Sequence record: KY271398.1
DNA length: 33,540 nucleotides
Reading direction: 5' to 3' (one strand)
From: Klebsiella phage 4LV2017
The notes beneath the pieces are model-generated. The model was given only the letters and a program-made list of their open reading frames with translations. It was not told the DNA's origin and made no database searches. Position numbers and translations under genes: made by a program. Of this stretch, positions 24,162 to 33,540 are shown one piece after another (the stretch's first letter is position 1; the number at the start of each line of letters is the position of its first letter).

Positions 24162-25579
24162 GCACAAAATTTTATACCCTGCTGACGGATATTGGCGCGG
24201 CGAAACTTGCCAGCGCCGCCGCGCTCGGTGTGCCTTTAAAAATTACCCATATGGCGGTCGGCGATGGCGGCGGAACATTACCAACGCCGGACGCAAAGCA
24301 GACAGCACTGGTAAATGAGAAACGCCGGGCTGCGCTGAATATGCTCTATATCGACCCGCAGAACAGCAGCCAGATTATTGCTGAACAGGTGATCCCTGAA
24401 AACGAGGGCGGTTGGTGGATACGTGAAGCGGGCCTGTTTGATGAGTCCGGGGCATTGATTGCCGTGGGCAACTGCCCGGAAAGCTATAAGCCGCAACTGG
24501 CTGAAGGCAGCGGACGTACCCAGACCGTGCGTATGGTGTTGATTACCAGCAGCACGGACAATATCACCCTGAAAATCGACCCTGCCGTAGTGCTGGCAAC
24601 CCGCAAGTATGTGGATGATAAGGTACTGGAGCTGAAGGTGTACGCGGATGATCAGATGGCAAAACATCTTGTCGCACCGGACCCGCATTCACAGTATGCA
24701 CAGAAAGAAAGTCCTACGTTTACCGGGACACCCAAAGCGCCAACGCCAGCGGCGGGGAATAACACCACGCAGGTTGCGACCACCGCGTTTGTTCAGGAGG
24801 CACTGACGGCTCTTATTAATGGTGCGCCAGCCACGCTGGACACGCTGAAAGAAATAGCCGTAGCCATTAACAATGATCCGAAATTCAGTACCACCATTAA
24901 CAATGCGCTGGCACTGAAAGCGCCGCTGTCGAGTCCGGCACTAACCGGAACGCCAACAGCCCCCACGGCGGCGCAGTCGGTCAACAATACACAGATTGCC
25001 ACTACGGCTTTTGTGAAATCGGCGATTGCGGCAATGGTGGGTTCTGCACCTGCGGAACTGGATACACTGAACGAACTGGCGGCGGCGCTGGGGAATGACC
25101 CGAACTTTGCCACGACAATGCTTAATGCGCTGGCAGGTAAACAACCGTTGGACAATACGCTGACTAATTTGAGTGGAAAGGATGTGACTGGTCTTCTCGC
25201 ATACCTTGGTTTAGGGGAATTGTCTGCTGCTGGGGTTAGCGGTGGCGCTGCATCTGCTTCAGGATACATCACCATTCCGATGATTATCAGTGGAGCACGG
25301 CGGGTCTTATACATTCAATGGGGAGGATTTACTGGAGCTACAGGTAGCTCCGGCTCTGACGGGGTATATGAAACCTCAAATATCACCGTCACCTGGCCAG
25401 TTGCTTTCCCCAATGCGGTTTTCCAGGTGATAACAGGCGGTTCATCTGATGTTAGTGGTGTCGGGCAGCAAGAGATGGCATGGAGTCTGGGCAAGACAAA
25501 AACTTATGGGGTTTTTGGTTTTCAATGCCGTACCCCAAACGCATCGATGAATGGCTCATATCTTGCAATTGGCTATTAA
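24158..25579 (+). CDS. H: Tail fibre protein H (473 aa) with two tandem copies of a tail-fibre repeat of about 75 aa
   Basis: The N-terminus MSTKFYTLLTDIGAAKLA is conserved in P2-like gpH. The internal repeats SPTFTGTPKAPTPAAGNNTTQVATTAFV... and SPALTGTPTAPTAAQSVNNTQIATTAFV...APAELDTLNELA are visible. The C-terminus diverges. Confidence 0.85.
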   Translation: MSTKFYTLLTDIGAAKLASAAALGVPLKITHMAVGDGGGTLPTPDAKQTALVNEKRRAALNMLYIDPQNSSQIIAEQVIPENEGGWWIREAGLFDESGALIAVGNCPESYKPQLAEGSGRTQTVRMVLITSSTDNITLKIDPAVVLATRKYVDDKVLELKVYADDQMAKHLVAPDPHSQYAQKESPTFTGTPKAPTPAAGNNTTQVATTAFVQEALTALINGAPATLDTLKEIAVAINNDPKFSTTINNALALKAPLSSPALTGTPTAPTAAQSVNNTQIATTAFVKSAIAAMVGSAPAELDTLNELAAALGNDPNFATTMLNALAGKQPLDNTLTNLSGKDVTGLLAYLGLGELSAAGVSGGAASASGYITIPMIISGARRVLYIQWGGFTGATGSSGSDGVYETSNITVTWPVAFPNAVFQVITGGSSDVSGVGQQEMAWSLGKTKTYGVFGFQCRTPNASMNGSYLAIGY

Positions 25580-25592
25580 ATGAGGGCATTAA

Positions 25593-26069
25593 ATGAGATT
25601 TTCAGTTAGCACCCAATCATTCTACGATGATAATTATGAGGAAAACGCAATAGTCGACGATTTACCCTCAGATGTTCAGGCGATAGATAATGAGCAATAT
25701 GCCCGTTTTTTTAATGCAATAAATAGTGACCGGGTGGTTTATCTGGTTGCCGATAAATACAACATTTCTCAACCGCGCCCTGATAAATACCATTCATGGG
25801 ATGCAGCTGGCAATACCTGGGTTATGACAGATGCAGCCGTAACGCGAAAGTCGGCAGATCTAATAGCTGATGCTGAGCTACGGAGATCTACGTTGTTATC
25901 CGAAGCAGGTACCGCGATATCTCCGCTGCAGGATGCTGTTGAACTGGATATGGCAACAGACGAAGAAAAGAGCCGCTATGATGCCTGGCGAAAATACCGC
26001 GTATTGCTGATGCGGGTGGATACATCGCTGGCACCTGATATTAACTGGCCTGAGCCGCCCAAAGATTAA
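25593..26069 (+). CDS. G: Tail fibre assembly chaperone G (158 aa)
   Basis: Position immediately after H and size match. Confidence 0.7.
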   Translation: MRFSVSTQSFYDDNYEENAIVDDLPSDVQAIDNEQYARFFNAINSDRVVYLVADKYNISQPRPDKYHSWDAAGNTWVMTDAAVTRKSADLIADAELRRSTLLSEAGTAISPLQDAVELDMATDEEKSRYDAWRKYRVLLMRVDTSLAPDINWPEPPKD

Positions 26070-26075
26070 TCCCGT

Positions 26076-26098
26076 CCCCGCACCTGCGGGGATTTTTC
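26076..26098 (+). terminator. Rho-independent terminator ccccgc-acct-gcgggg-ATTTTTCT after G
   Basis: Seen directly. Confidence 0.6.
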
Positions 26099-26110
26099 TG
26101 TCCTTTCCAT

Positions 26111-26128
26111 TGTGTCATTCCCCACACA
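26111..26128. promoter_or_regulatory. Ogr-type late-promoter dyad TGT-N12-ACA (tgtgtcattccccacaca) upstream of FI
   Basis: Seen directly. The centre is about 83 bp before the FI ATG. Confidence 0.6.
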
Positions 26129-26202
26129 TAGCCCGGCGCGTGCGGCGCGCGCTTATTAACCAGAACATAGGCACACCCCCTGTAAATTGGAGAGACTGCC
26201 TT

Positions 26203-27375
26203 ATGGCCCAGGATTACCACCACGGGGTGCGCGTTGTTGAAGTCAACGATGGCACCCGATCCATTACCACGGTGAGCACCGCTATCGTGGGCATGGTCTG
26301 CACCGGCGATGATGCTGATGCGTCCATGTTTCCGCTCAATAAGCCGGTCCTGCTGACCGATGTGCTGACCGCCAGCGGTAAGGCGGGCGAGTCCGGCACA
26401 CTGGCTCGTTCGCTGGATGCAATTGCTGATCAGGCAAAACCCGTGACCGTTGTTGTGCGTGTGCCGCAGGGTGAAACGGAAGAAGAAACCACAACTAATA
26501 TCATCGGCGCAGTGACTGATGAAGGTAAAAAAACAGGCATGAAAGCTCTGTTATCTGCCCAGTCACAGCTCGGCGTTAAACCGCGCATTCTCGGCGTGCC
26601 AGGCCACGATAACAAAGCCGTTGCGACTGAGTTGCTGAGCGTGGCGCAAAGCCTGCGTGGGTTTGCTTACCTGTCAGCGTATGGCTGCAAGACAGTGCAG
26701 GAGGCGATCACTTACCGTGAAAACTTCAGTCAGCGTGAAGGAATGCTGATCTGGCCCGACTTTACTGGCTGGGACACGGTGCTGAATGCCGAAGCAACGG
26801 CTTATGCCACCGCCCGTGCGCTTGGTCTGCGCGCTAAAATTGACGAGCAGACCGGATGGCACAAAAGCCTGTCCAACGTGGGCGTTAACGGTGTCACCGG
26901 AATTTCTGCTGATGTGTTCTGGGATCTGCAGGACACGGCAACAGATGCGGGACTGCTGAACCAGAACGACGTCACCACCCTTATCCGCAAAGACGGTTTC
27001 CGCTTCTGGGGTTCCCGCTGCCTGAGTGATGACCCGCTCTTTGCCTTCGAAAACTACACCCGCACGGCGCAGGTACTTATGGACACAATGGCAGAAGCGC
27101 ATATGTGGGCGGTGGACAAACCGCTGAACCCGTCGTTGGCACGCGACATTATCGAAGGTATCCGCGCCAAAATGCGCAGCCTGGTCAGTCAGGGCTATCT
27201 CATTGGTGGTGATTGCTGGCTGGATGAGTCGGTGAACGACAAAGATACTCTGAAAGCCGGGAAGCTCACCATCGACTACGACTACACGCCAGTGCCGCCA
27301 CTTGAAAACCTGATGCTGCGTCAGCGCATCACCGATCAGTACCTGGTGAATTTCTCCAGCCAGGTCAGCGCGTAA
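26203..27375 (+). CDS. FI: Tail sheath protein FI (390 aa from ATG 26203)
   Basis: [19 protein letters not shown]... matches the P2 FI N-terminus. The size matches. Confidence 0.9.
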   Translation: MAQDYHHGVRVVEVNDGTRSITTVSTAIVGMVCTGDDADASMFPLNKPVLLTDVLTASGKAGESGTLARSLDAIADQAKPVTVVVRVPQGETEEETTTNIIGAVTDEGKKTGMKALLSAQSQLGVKPRILGVPGHDNKAVATELLSVAQSLRGFAYLSAYGCKTVQEAITYRENFSQREGMLIWPDFTGWDTVLNAEATAYATARALGLRAKIDEQTGWHKSLSNVGVNGVTGISADVFWDLQDTATDAGLLNQNDVTTLIRKDGFRFWGSRCLSDDPLFAFENYTRTAQVLMDTMAEAHMWAVDKPLNPSLARDIIEGIRAKMRSLVSQGYLIGGDCWLDESVNDKDTLKAGKLTIDYDYTPVPPLENLMLRQRITDQYLVNFSSQVSA

Positions 27376-27384
27376 GGGGATAAC

Positions 27385-27900
27385 ATGGCTTTACCACGCA
27401 AATTAAAACACCTGAACCTGTTTAACGACGGGAACAACTGGCAGGGGATCGTTGAGTCGCTGACGCTGCCGAAATTCACCCGCAAATATGAGAAGTATCG
27501 CGGCGGCGGAATGCCGGGGGCGGTGGATGTGGATCTGGGGCTTGATGACAGTGCTCTGGACACAGAATTTTCCATTGGTGGTACTGAACTGCTGCTGTTT
27601 AAGCAGATGGGCAAATCCACGGTGGATGGCATCCAACTGCGCTTTACCGGCTCTATCCAGCGTGACGATACCGGGGAAGTGCAGGCCGTGGAGCTTGTCG
27701 TGCGTGGGCGTCACAAAGAAGTGGATTCCGGCGAGTGGAAGACGGGCGAAAGCAACACCACCAAAGTGACCAGTACCAACAGCTACGCGAAGCTGACCAT
27801 CAATGGTGAGGTGCTCTATGAAGTGGACCTTATCAACATGGTGGAAATTGTGGACGGTGTGGATCTGATGGAAGCGCACCGCAACGCCCTCGGCCTCTGA
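27385..27900 (+). CDS. FII: Tail tube protein FII (171 aa)
   Basis: MALPRKLKHLNLFNDGNNWQG... is P2 FII-like. Confidence 0.9.
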   Translation: MALPRKLKHLNLFNDGNNWQGIVESLTLPKFTRKYEKYRGGGMPGAVDVDLGLDDSALDTEFSIGGTELLLFKQMGKSTVDGIQLRFTGSIQRDDTGEVQAVELVVRGRHKEVDSGEWKTGESNTTKVTSTNSYAKLTINGEVLYEVDLINMVEIVDGVDLMEAHRNALGL

Positions 27901-27954
27901 TGTATCTGAACGGCGCGGAATGCCGCGCCAGGACCCAATTTACAGGACAGCAAA

Positions 27955-28257
27955 ATGAGCGATAAGCAGACTGAAAAGACCATTCAACTGGATACCCCCA
28001 TCAAGCGTGGTAAAACTGAAATCACCGAAATTGTGCTGCGTAAACCACAGTCCGGTGCGCTGCGCGGTACACGCCTGCAGGCCATTATGGATATGGATGT
28101 GAACGCGATGATGACCGTGATCCCCCGCATCTCCAGCCCGGCACTGACCACACAGGAAATTGCAGAGATGGACCCGGCAGATCTCACTGCCATGTCGGTT
28201 GAGGTTGTCACTTTTTTGTTGAAGAAGTCGGTGCTTGCCGGTTTACCGACAGCCTGA
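27955..28257 (+). CDS. E: Tail assembly chaperone E (100 aa)
   Basis: It lies upstream of the tape measure gene and contains the slippery site. Confidence 0.85.
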   Translation: MSDKQTEKTIQLDTPIKRGKTEITEIVLRKPQSGALRGTRLQAIMDMDVNAMMTVIPRISSPALTTQEIAEMDPADLTAMSVEVVTFLLKKSVLAGLPTA

Positions 28258-28391
28258 CGGTTGACGATCTGGTGGCAGATATCGCCACCATTTTTCACTG
28301 GCCGCCATCCGTTACTGACGTTATGCCGCTGACAGAAGTGCTGGAATGGCGGTATAAAGCGATTCAGAGAAGCGGGGCCAACGATGAGTGA
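27955..28391 (+). CDS. E': E' (E extended by -1 programmed frameshift at T-TTT-TTG, 28212-28218); -1 frame read-through to the TGA at 28389
   Basis: The heptamer is identical to the P2 E/E' slippery site. The -1 frame encodes ...DDLVADIATIFHWPPSVTDVMPLTEVLEWRYKAIQRSGANDE, matching my recollection of the P2 E' C-terminus (DDLVADIATIFHWPPS...). Confidence 0.65.
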
Positions 28392-31300
28392 TAATAACCT
28401 GCGCCTGCAGGTCATTCTTAATGCGGTTGACAAACTCACCCGCCCATTCCGTGCTGCACAGGCCAGTTCGAAAGAGCTGGCTGGCGCAATCAGTAACTCC
28501 CGTGACGCATTAAAGCAACTCAATCAGGCGGGTAACAGCCTGGAAAAATTTCGCAAGCTGCAGGCCGATAACAAAAGGTTAGGCGACAGGCTGAACTATG
28601 CCAGACAGAAGGCAAATTTGCTTAGTTCTGAGCTGGAAGCGATGGAACAACCATCACAACGGCACCTTGTGGCTTTAGGTCGGCAAACGCTGGCAGTCCA
28701 ACGCCTGGAAGAACAACAAAAATATTTGCAGAAGCAAACGGCGCTTGTGCGTGCAGAACTGTATCGGGCGGGAATTTCTGCGAAAGATGATGCGGGAGCA
28801 ACTGCCCGTTTAGCCCGTGAAACATCACGTTATAACCAGGAATTGTCGAAACAGGAGGCGCGGCTGAAGCGACTGGGGGAAGCTCAGCGCAGGATGAATG
28901 CGGCGCGTGCCAGTTATGCCCGTTCGCTGGAGGTGCGTGATCGTATTGCAGGAGCCGGAGCCACCACCACGGCTGCAGGGCTGGCAATGGGGACACCAGT
29001 GATGGCGGCAGTAAAAAGCTATACCAGCATGGAAGATGCCATGAAAGGTGTGGCAAAGCAGGTCAATGGTCTGCGTGACGATAATGGCAACCGCACTGCA
29101 CGTTTTTATGAAATGCAGGATGCCATCAAGGCTGCCAGCGAACAGTTGCCGATGGAAAACGGTGCGGTGGACTTCGCTGCACTGGTTGAAGGTGGTGCGC
29201 GTATGAACGTCGCAAACCCTGACGACAGCTGGGAAGACCAGAAACGTGACCTGCTGGCCTTCGCCAGTACGGCGGCAAAGGCGGCAACAGCCTTTGAGCT
29301 GCCAGCGGATGAACTGTCAGAAAGTCTGGGGAAAATCGCCCAGCTCTACAAAATACCTACCCGCAATATTGAACAGCTCGGCGATGCGCTGAACTATCTG
29401 GATGATAACGCCATGTCGAAAGGGGCGGACATCATTGATGTCATGCAACGTCTGGGCGGTGTGGCTGACCGTCTGGATTATCGTAAAGCGGCGGCACTGG
29501 GTTCCACCTTTCTGACACTGGGCGCTGCGCCGGAGGTTGCAGCCAGTGCAGCAAACGCGATGGTGCGTGAATTGTCCATTGCCACCATGCAAAGCAAGAG
29601 TTTCTTTGAAGGGATGAATCTGCTGAAACTCAATCCTGAAGTGATTGAAAAGCAGATGACGAAGGATGCGATGGGAACTATCCAGCGTGTGCTGGAGAAG
29701 GTGAACGCACTGCCGCAGGACAAGCGTCTGTCTGCCATGACCATGTTGTTTGGTAAAGAGTTTGGTGATGACGCGGCGAAACTGGCAAACAACCTGCCGG
29801 AACTGCAGCGCCAGCTAAAACTGACAGCGGGCAATGATGCGCTCGGTTCCATGCAGAAAGAATCCGACATCAACAAGGACTCACTTTCTGCTCAGTGGTT
29901 GCTGGTTAAAACCGGAGCGCAGAACACCTTCAGCAGCCTGGGCGAAACGCTGCGCCAGCCGCTGATGGATATTCTGTACACGGTGAAAAGCATTACGGGG
30001 GCATTGCGCCGCTGGGTGGAAGCTAACCCGGAACTGACAGGCACACTGATGAAAGTAGCGGCTGTTGTGGCTGCGGTTACCGTAGGCCTCGGCACCTTAG
30101 CGGTGGCGCTGGCTGCAGTGCTGGGGCCGCTGGCAGTGATCCGTCTGGGATTCTCTGTGCTGGGTATCAAAACGTTACCTTCCGTTACGGCAGCAGTAAC
30201 TCGAACCAGCAGCGCGTTGTCCTGGCTGGCTGGCGCTCCACTGGCACTGCTGCGACGCTGGCTTGCTTCATCGGGCAACGCAGCGGGTTTACTTACTGCG
30301 CCGTTGTCGTCTTTGCACCGCACGGCATCACTGACGGGAAATGTCCTGAAAACTGTAGCAGGTGCGCCGGTTGCACTGTTGCGGTCTGGATTATCCGGTT
30401 TACGTGCGGTTGCTGTGATGTTTATGAATCCACTGGCAGCACTACGCGGCGGGCTGGCTGCCACAGGCACGGTGCTGCGAGTACTGGCATCTGGTCCACT
30501 GGCGATGTTGCGCGTTGCCCTGTATGCCGTATCTGGTCTGTTAGGTGCTCTGCTCAGTCCGATAGGTCTTGTGGTTACTGCACTGGCGGGTGTGGCACTG
30601 GTTGTCTGGAAATACTGGCAACCCATCACCGCATTTCTCGGTGGCGTGGTGGAAGGATTCAAAGCGGCGGCAGGTCCCATCAGTGCAGCGTTCGAACCGC
30701 TTAAGCCTGTGTTCCAGTGGATTGGCGACAAAGTGCAGGCGCTGTGGGGCTGGTTTACTGATCTGCTGACGCCCGTTAAGTCGACCTCTTCCGAACTGCA
30801 GAGTGCAGCGGCAATGGGGCGTAGATTCGGGGAGGCACTGGCGGAAGGGCTGAATATGGTCATGCATCCGCTGGACTCCCTGAAATCTGGCGTTTCCTGG
30901 TTGCTGGAGAAACTCGGCATTGTCAGTAAAGAGGCTGCAAAGGCGAAACTGCCGGAAAGAGTGACGCGTCAGCAACCTGCGACGGTGAATGCAGACGGTA
31001 AAGTGATGATGCCATCGGGTGGTTTTCCGTCATGGGGATATGGCTTTGCGGGGATGTATGACAGCGGCGGCTATATCCCGCGCGGGCAGTTTGGCATCGT
31101 CGGTGAAAACGGGCCGGAAATTGTTAACGGCCCGGCAAATGTGACCAGCCGGAGAAATACAGCTGCACTGGCTGCCGTTGTTGCCGGAATGATGGGCGTT
31201 GCTGCCGCGCCTGCAGAGCTTCCACCGTTGCATCCGTTGGCACTTCCCGCGAAAGGCGGCGAAGCGATGTTGAGTCGTGCAGCCACTGTGCCGCCCGTTC

Positions 31301-31461
31301 AACGGATTGAGGCACCGACGCAGATCATCATTCAGACGCAGCCAGGACAAAGTGCGCAGGATATTGCGCGGGAGGTGGCCCGCCAGCTTGATGAACGTGA
31401 ACGCAGGCTGAAGGCAAAAGCCAGGAGTAACTACAGCGATCAGGGGGGATACGACGCATGA
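28384..31461 (+). CDS. T: Tail tape measure protein T (1025 aa)
   Basis: Size, the coiled-coil N-terminus, the Gly/Ala-rich hydrophobic middle, and the position after E/E'. Confidence 0.9.
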   Translation: MSDNNLRLQVILNAVDKLTRPFRAAQASSKELAGAISNSRDALKQLNQAGNSLEKFRKLQADNKRLGDRLNYARQKANLLSSELEAMEQPSQRHLVALGRQTLAVQRLEEQQKYLQKQTALVRAELYRAGISAKDDAGATARLARETSRYNQELSKQEARLKRLGEAQRRMNAARASYARSLEVRDRIAGAGATTTAAGLAMGTPVMAAVKSYTSMEDAMKGVAKQVNGLRDDNGNRTARFYEMQDAIKAASEQLPMENGAVDFAALVEGGARMNVANPDDSWEDQKRDLLAFASTAAKAATAFELPADELSESLGKIAQLYKIPTRNIEQLGDALNYLDDNAMSKGADIIDVMQRLGGVADRLDYRKAAALGSTFLTLGAAPEVAASAANAMVRELSIATMQSKSFFEGMNLLKLNPEVIEKQMTKDAMGTIQRVLEKVNALPQDKRLSAMTMLFGKEFGDDAAKLANNLPELQRQLKLTAGNDALGSMQKESDINKDSLSAQWLLVKTGAQNTFSSLGETLRQPLMDILYTVKSITGALRRWVEANPELTGTLMKVAAVVAAVTVGLGTLAVALAAVLGPLAVIRLGFSVLGIKTLPSVTAAVTRTSSALSWLAGAPLALLRRWLASSGNAAGLLTAPLSSLHRTASLTGNVLKTVAGAPVALLRSGLSGLRAVAVMFMNPLAALRGGLAATGTVLRVLASGPLAMLRVALYAVSGLLGALLSPIGLVVTALAGVALVVWKYWQPITAFLGGVVEGFKAAAGPISAAFEPLKPVFQWIGDKVQALWGWFTDLLTPVKSTSSELQSAAAMGRRFGEALAEGLNMVMHPLDSLKSGVSWLLEKLGIVSKEAAKAKLPERVTRQQPATVNADGKVMMPSGGFPSWGYGFAGMYDSGGYIPRGQFGIVGENGPEIVNGPANVTSRRNTAALAAVVAGMMGVAAAPAELPPLHPLALPAKGGEAMLSRAATVPPVQRIEAPTQIIIQTQPGQSAQDIAREVARQLDERERRLKAKARSNYSDQGGYDA

Positions 31462-31943
31462 TGATGGTGCTGGGATTATACGTGTTTATGCTGCGCACCG
31501 TGCCGTATCAGGAGCTGCAGTATCAGCGCAGCTGGCGACATGCGGCTAACAGCCGGGTTAACCGACGCCCGTCAACGCAGTTTCTGGGACCGGATAACGA
31601 CATGCTGACGCTTTCTGGCGTTCTTATGCCGGAAATAACAGGCGGCAGGCTGTCGTTGCTGGCACTGGAGCAGATGGCAGAACAGGGGAAAGCATGGCCC
31701 CTGATTGAAGGCAGCGGCACGATTTACGGCATGTATGTGATTGAGGGACTGAATCAGACTAAAACGGAGTTTTTCCGCGACGGTATGCCGCGCAGGATTG
31801 AGTTCACCCTGTCGCTCAAACGCGTGGATGAATCCCTGTCCGATATGTTCGGTGATCTCAGTGCGCAACTGAATAATCTGCAGGGAACGGCAACATCTGC
31901 CTTAAGCGATATCAGTAAAACGGTGGGAGGGCTGCTGTCGTGA
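31458..31943 (+). CDS. U: Tail protein U (161 aa)
   Basis: Position and size as P2 gpU. Confidence 0.8.
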   Translation: MMMVLGLYVFMLRTVPYQELQYQRSWRHAANSRVNRRPSTQFLGPDNDMLTLSGVLMPEITGGRLSLLALEQMAEQGKAWPLIEGSGTIYGMYVIEGLNQTKTEFFRDGMPRRIEFTLSLKRVDESLSDMFGDLSAQLNNLQGTATSALSDISKTVGGLLS

Positions 31944-33040
31944 ATTTCAGCTCTGAACTGCTTAACAAAGGCAACAAAACTCCGGCATTCAGCATCAGTA
32001 TTGAAGGCAGGGATATCACCACTGTGCTGGACAACCGCCTGATGGGGCTGACGCTGACGGATAACCGGGGATTTGAAGCGGACCAGCTTGATCTGGAGCT
32101 GGACGACGCCGATGGAAAAATCGTGCCGCCGCGCCGTGGTGCGGTCATTACGCTGGCGCTGGGCTGGAAGGGGCAGCCGCTTTTCCCGAAAGGGGCATTC
32201 ACGGTGGACGAGATTGAACACACTGGCGCACCGGACCGCCTGACTATCCGGGCGCGAAGTGCTGATTTTCGGGAAACCCTGAATACCCGCCGTGAAAAAT
32301 CGTGGCATAACACCACCATCGGGGAAGTGGTGAAGGAAATAGCCGCGCGGCACAAGCTGAAGATGGCACTGGGTAAAGAGCTGTCGGATAAGCCCGTGGA
32401 GCATATAGACCAGACTAATGAGAGTGACGGCAGTTTTCTGATGCGACTGGCGCGACAGTACGGTGCCATCGCGTCGGTGAAAAATGGCAATCTGTTATTC
32501 ATCCGGCAGGGGCAGGGCAAAAGCGCCACTGGTAAACCACTGCCAGTGATCACTATCACACGCAAGGACGGCGACAGTCACCGCTTTACCCTGGCTGATC
32601 GCGGAGCCTATACGGGCGTAATTGCCAGTTGGTTGCATACCCGCGAACCCGCGAAGAAAGAAAGCACCACGGTGAAGCGTAAGCGCAGGACTAAGAAGCA
32701 GAAGAAAGAGCCGGAAGCGAAGCAGGGCGATTACCTGGTGGGTACAGATGAAAACGTGCTGGTACTTAATCGCACCTATGCCAACCGGAGCAACGCTGAA
32801 CAGGCAGCGAAAATGCAGTGGGAACGCCTGCAACGCGGCGTTGCGTCATTCTCGCTACAACTGGCGGAAGGGCGGGCAGATCTCTACACGGAAATGCCCG
32901 TGAAAGTCAGTGGCTTTAAACAGCCGATAGATGATGCGGAATGGACCATTACGACTCTGACACATACCGTCAGCCCGGATAATGGTTTTACGACCAGTGT
33001 TGAGCTTGAAGTGAAGGTTGATGATCTCGAAATGGAATGA
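31940..33040 (+). CDS. D: Tail protein D / late control gene D (366 aa)
   Basis: Position before ogr and size as P2 gpD. Confidence 0.8.
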   Translation: MNFSSELLNKGNKTPAFSISIEGRDITTVLDNRLMGLTLTDNRGFEADQLDLELDDADGKIVPPRRGAVITLALGWKGQPLFPKGAFTVDEIEHTGAPDRLTIRARSADFRETLNTRREKSWHNTTIGEVVKEIAARHKLKMALGKELSDKPVEHIDQTNESDGSFLMRLARQYGAIASVKNGNLLFIRQGQGKSATGKPLPVITITRKDGDSHRFTLADRGAYTGVIASWLHTREPAKKESTTVKRKRRTKKQKKEPEAKQGDYLVGTDENVLVLNRTYANRSNAEQAAKMQWERLQRGVASFSLQLAEGRADLYTEMPVKVSGFKQPIDDAEWTITTLTHTVSPDNGFTTSVELEVKVDDLEME

Positions 33041-33130
33041 TTCTTCACAATGGAGAACTTTTAAGTTTGAAAAATGGAATAATTCGATATCATTATTGTG
33101 AATTTAGCAAAAATGGGGAGAACTCGAAAA

Positions 33131-33349
33131 ATGATGATTTGCCCACTGTGTGGAAGTGCCGCCCATACTCGCAGCAGTTTTCAGGTATCTTCATTGACCA
33201 AAGAGCGTTACAACCAGTGCCAGAACATTAACTGCAGCCATACTTTTGTTACCCATGAAACTTTTGTTCGTTCGATTGCAACGCCAAAAGAGTCAAATCC
33301 GGTTCAGCCGCATCCAATGAAATCAGGACAGGTGGCGCTCTCTCTTTGA
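33131..33349 (+). CDS. ogr: Ogr/Delta-family zinc-finger late transcription activator (72 aa from ATG 33131)
   Basis: MMICPLCGSAAHTRSS...TKERYNQCQNINCSHTFVTHETF...VQPHP parallels P2 Ogr (CPLC...AHARTSRY...TKERYHQCQNVNCSATF). RBS ggggag. Confidence 0.9.
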   Translation: MMICPLCGSAAHTRSSFQVSSLTKERYNQCQNINCSHTFVTHETFVRSIATPKESNPVQPHPMKSGQVALSL

Positions 33350-33371
33350 CGCTGCCGCCATTTTGTCGCCA
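33350..33371. repeat. Second copy of the 22-bp repeat cgctgccgccaYtttgtcgcca (see 120-141)
   Basis: Seen directly, with one mismatch relative to the left copy. Confidence 0.4.
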
Positions 33372-33421
33372 TCGTTAAAAAACAGTGCTTCTAACATCAT
33401 GATTTTAAACGGTATAAATTT

Positions 33422-33440
33422 CAGGCAACAAAAAACCCAT
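33422..33440. repeat. attR: attR core: second copy of the 19-bp direct repeat caggcaacaaaaaacccat
   Basis: Identical to 9-27. Confidence 0.75.
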
Positions 33441-33475
33441 CAACCTTGAACCGAAGTGGCGGGGTTGATGGGCTC
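33428..33475 (-). terminator. Host-side rho-independent terminator read on the minus strand (cccatcaacc...ggttgatggg + TTTTTTG); its U-tract overlaps the att core
   Basis: Seen directly: cccatcaacc at 33436-33445 pairs with ggttgatggg at 33465-33474. On the minus strand the stem is followed by tttttt. Confidence 0.5.
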
Positions 33476-33540
33476 CACAAAATGGGGACATCAAAGAAAA
33501 GCAGTGGCATTACTTATGACTGATGCCCTGAGAAAAAGTT

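Noticed and set aside
29892-30975. Long antisense ORFs (342 aa and 144 aa) inside the tape measure gene T
   Set aside because: They lie on the opposite strand of a well-supported structural gene. They are proline/serine/alanine-rich with no RBS, a typical GC-rich shadow frame.
31754-32565. 216-aa and 217-aa minus-strand ORFs inside U and D
   Set aside because: Antisense shadow ORFs in GC-rich late genes.
33037-33231. 64-aa ORF overlapping the start of ogr
   Set aside because: It is out of frame with the well-recognised ogr and has no RBS. It is more likely the ogr promoter/leader region.
33441-33540. Possible tRNA at the integration site
   Set aside because: No cloverleaf or CCA-compatible structure is evident. 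The hairpin followed by a T-run reads as a host terminator instead.
1-33540. CRISPR arrays, IS elements or transposase genes
   Set aside because: No array of short regularly spaced repeats and no transposase-like ORF with terminal inverted repeats were seen. Apart from the phage att repeats, the tail-fibre repeats and local palindromes, no repeat family stands out.

Overview
The window holds an essentially complete, integrated P2/186-family myovirus prophage of about 33.4 kb. It is bounded by an exact 19-bp direct repeat (9-27 and 33422-33440). The left end is a tyrosine integrase on the minus strand (102-1154). The right end is an Ogr/Delta-type zinc-finger late activator (33131-33349). The early region is 186-like: a CI-type repressor faces an Apl/Cox-like gene, followed by CII-like, several small ORFs, a TraR/DksA zinc finger, a Dam methylase and the rolling-circle replication endonuclease A. 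The late region is P2-like and intact, running Q P | O N M L X Y K lysA lysB/lysC R S V W J I H G | FI FII E/E' T U D. TGT-N12-ACA late-promoter dyads sit in front of O, V and FI, and the E/E' T-TTT-TTG frameshift site is conserved.

Two AT-rich accessory islands stand out.

1. Between int and the repressor, two unknown genes are inserted and translationally coupled to the repressor in one leftward operon: a 349-aa protein and a 201-aa four-helix membrane protein. I consider this the best candidate for an undescribed prophage-expressed defence or exclusion module.

2. In the hotspot between A and the portal gene Q there is a small ORF, a DinI-like protein, a lipoprotein, a probable P2-type cos site, and then a retron. 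The retron consists of a structured non-coding region, an effector with a nucleoside-deoxyribosyltransferase-like N-terminus and hydrophobic C-terminus, and a 309-aa retron-type reverse transcriptase.

All protein assignments rest on my reading of the translated ORFs and remembered family motifs. No database search was possible.
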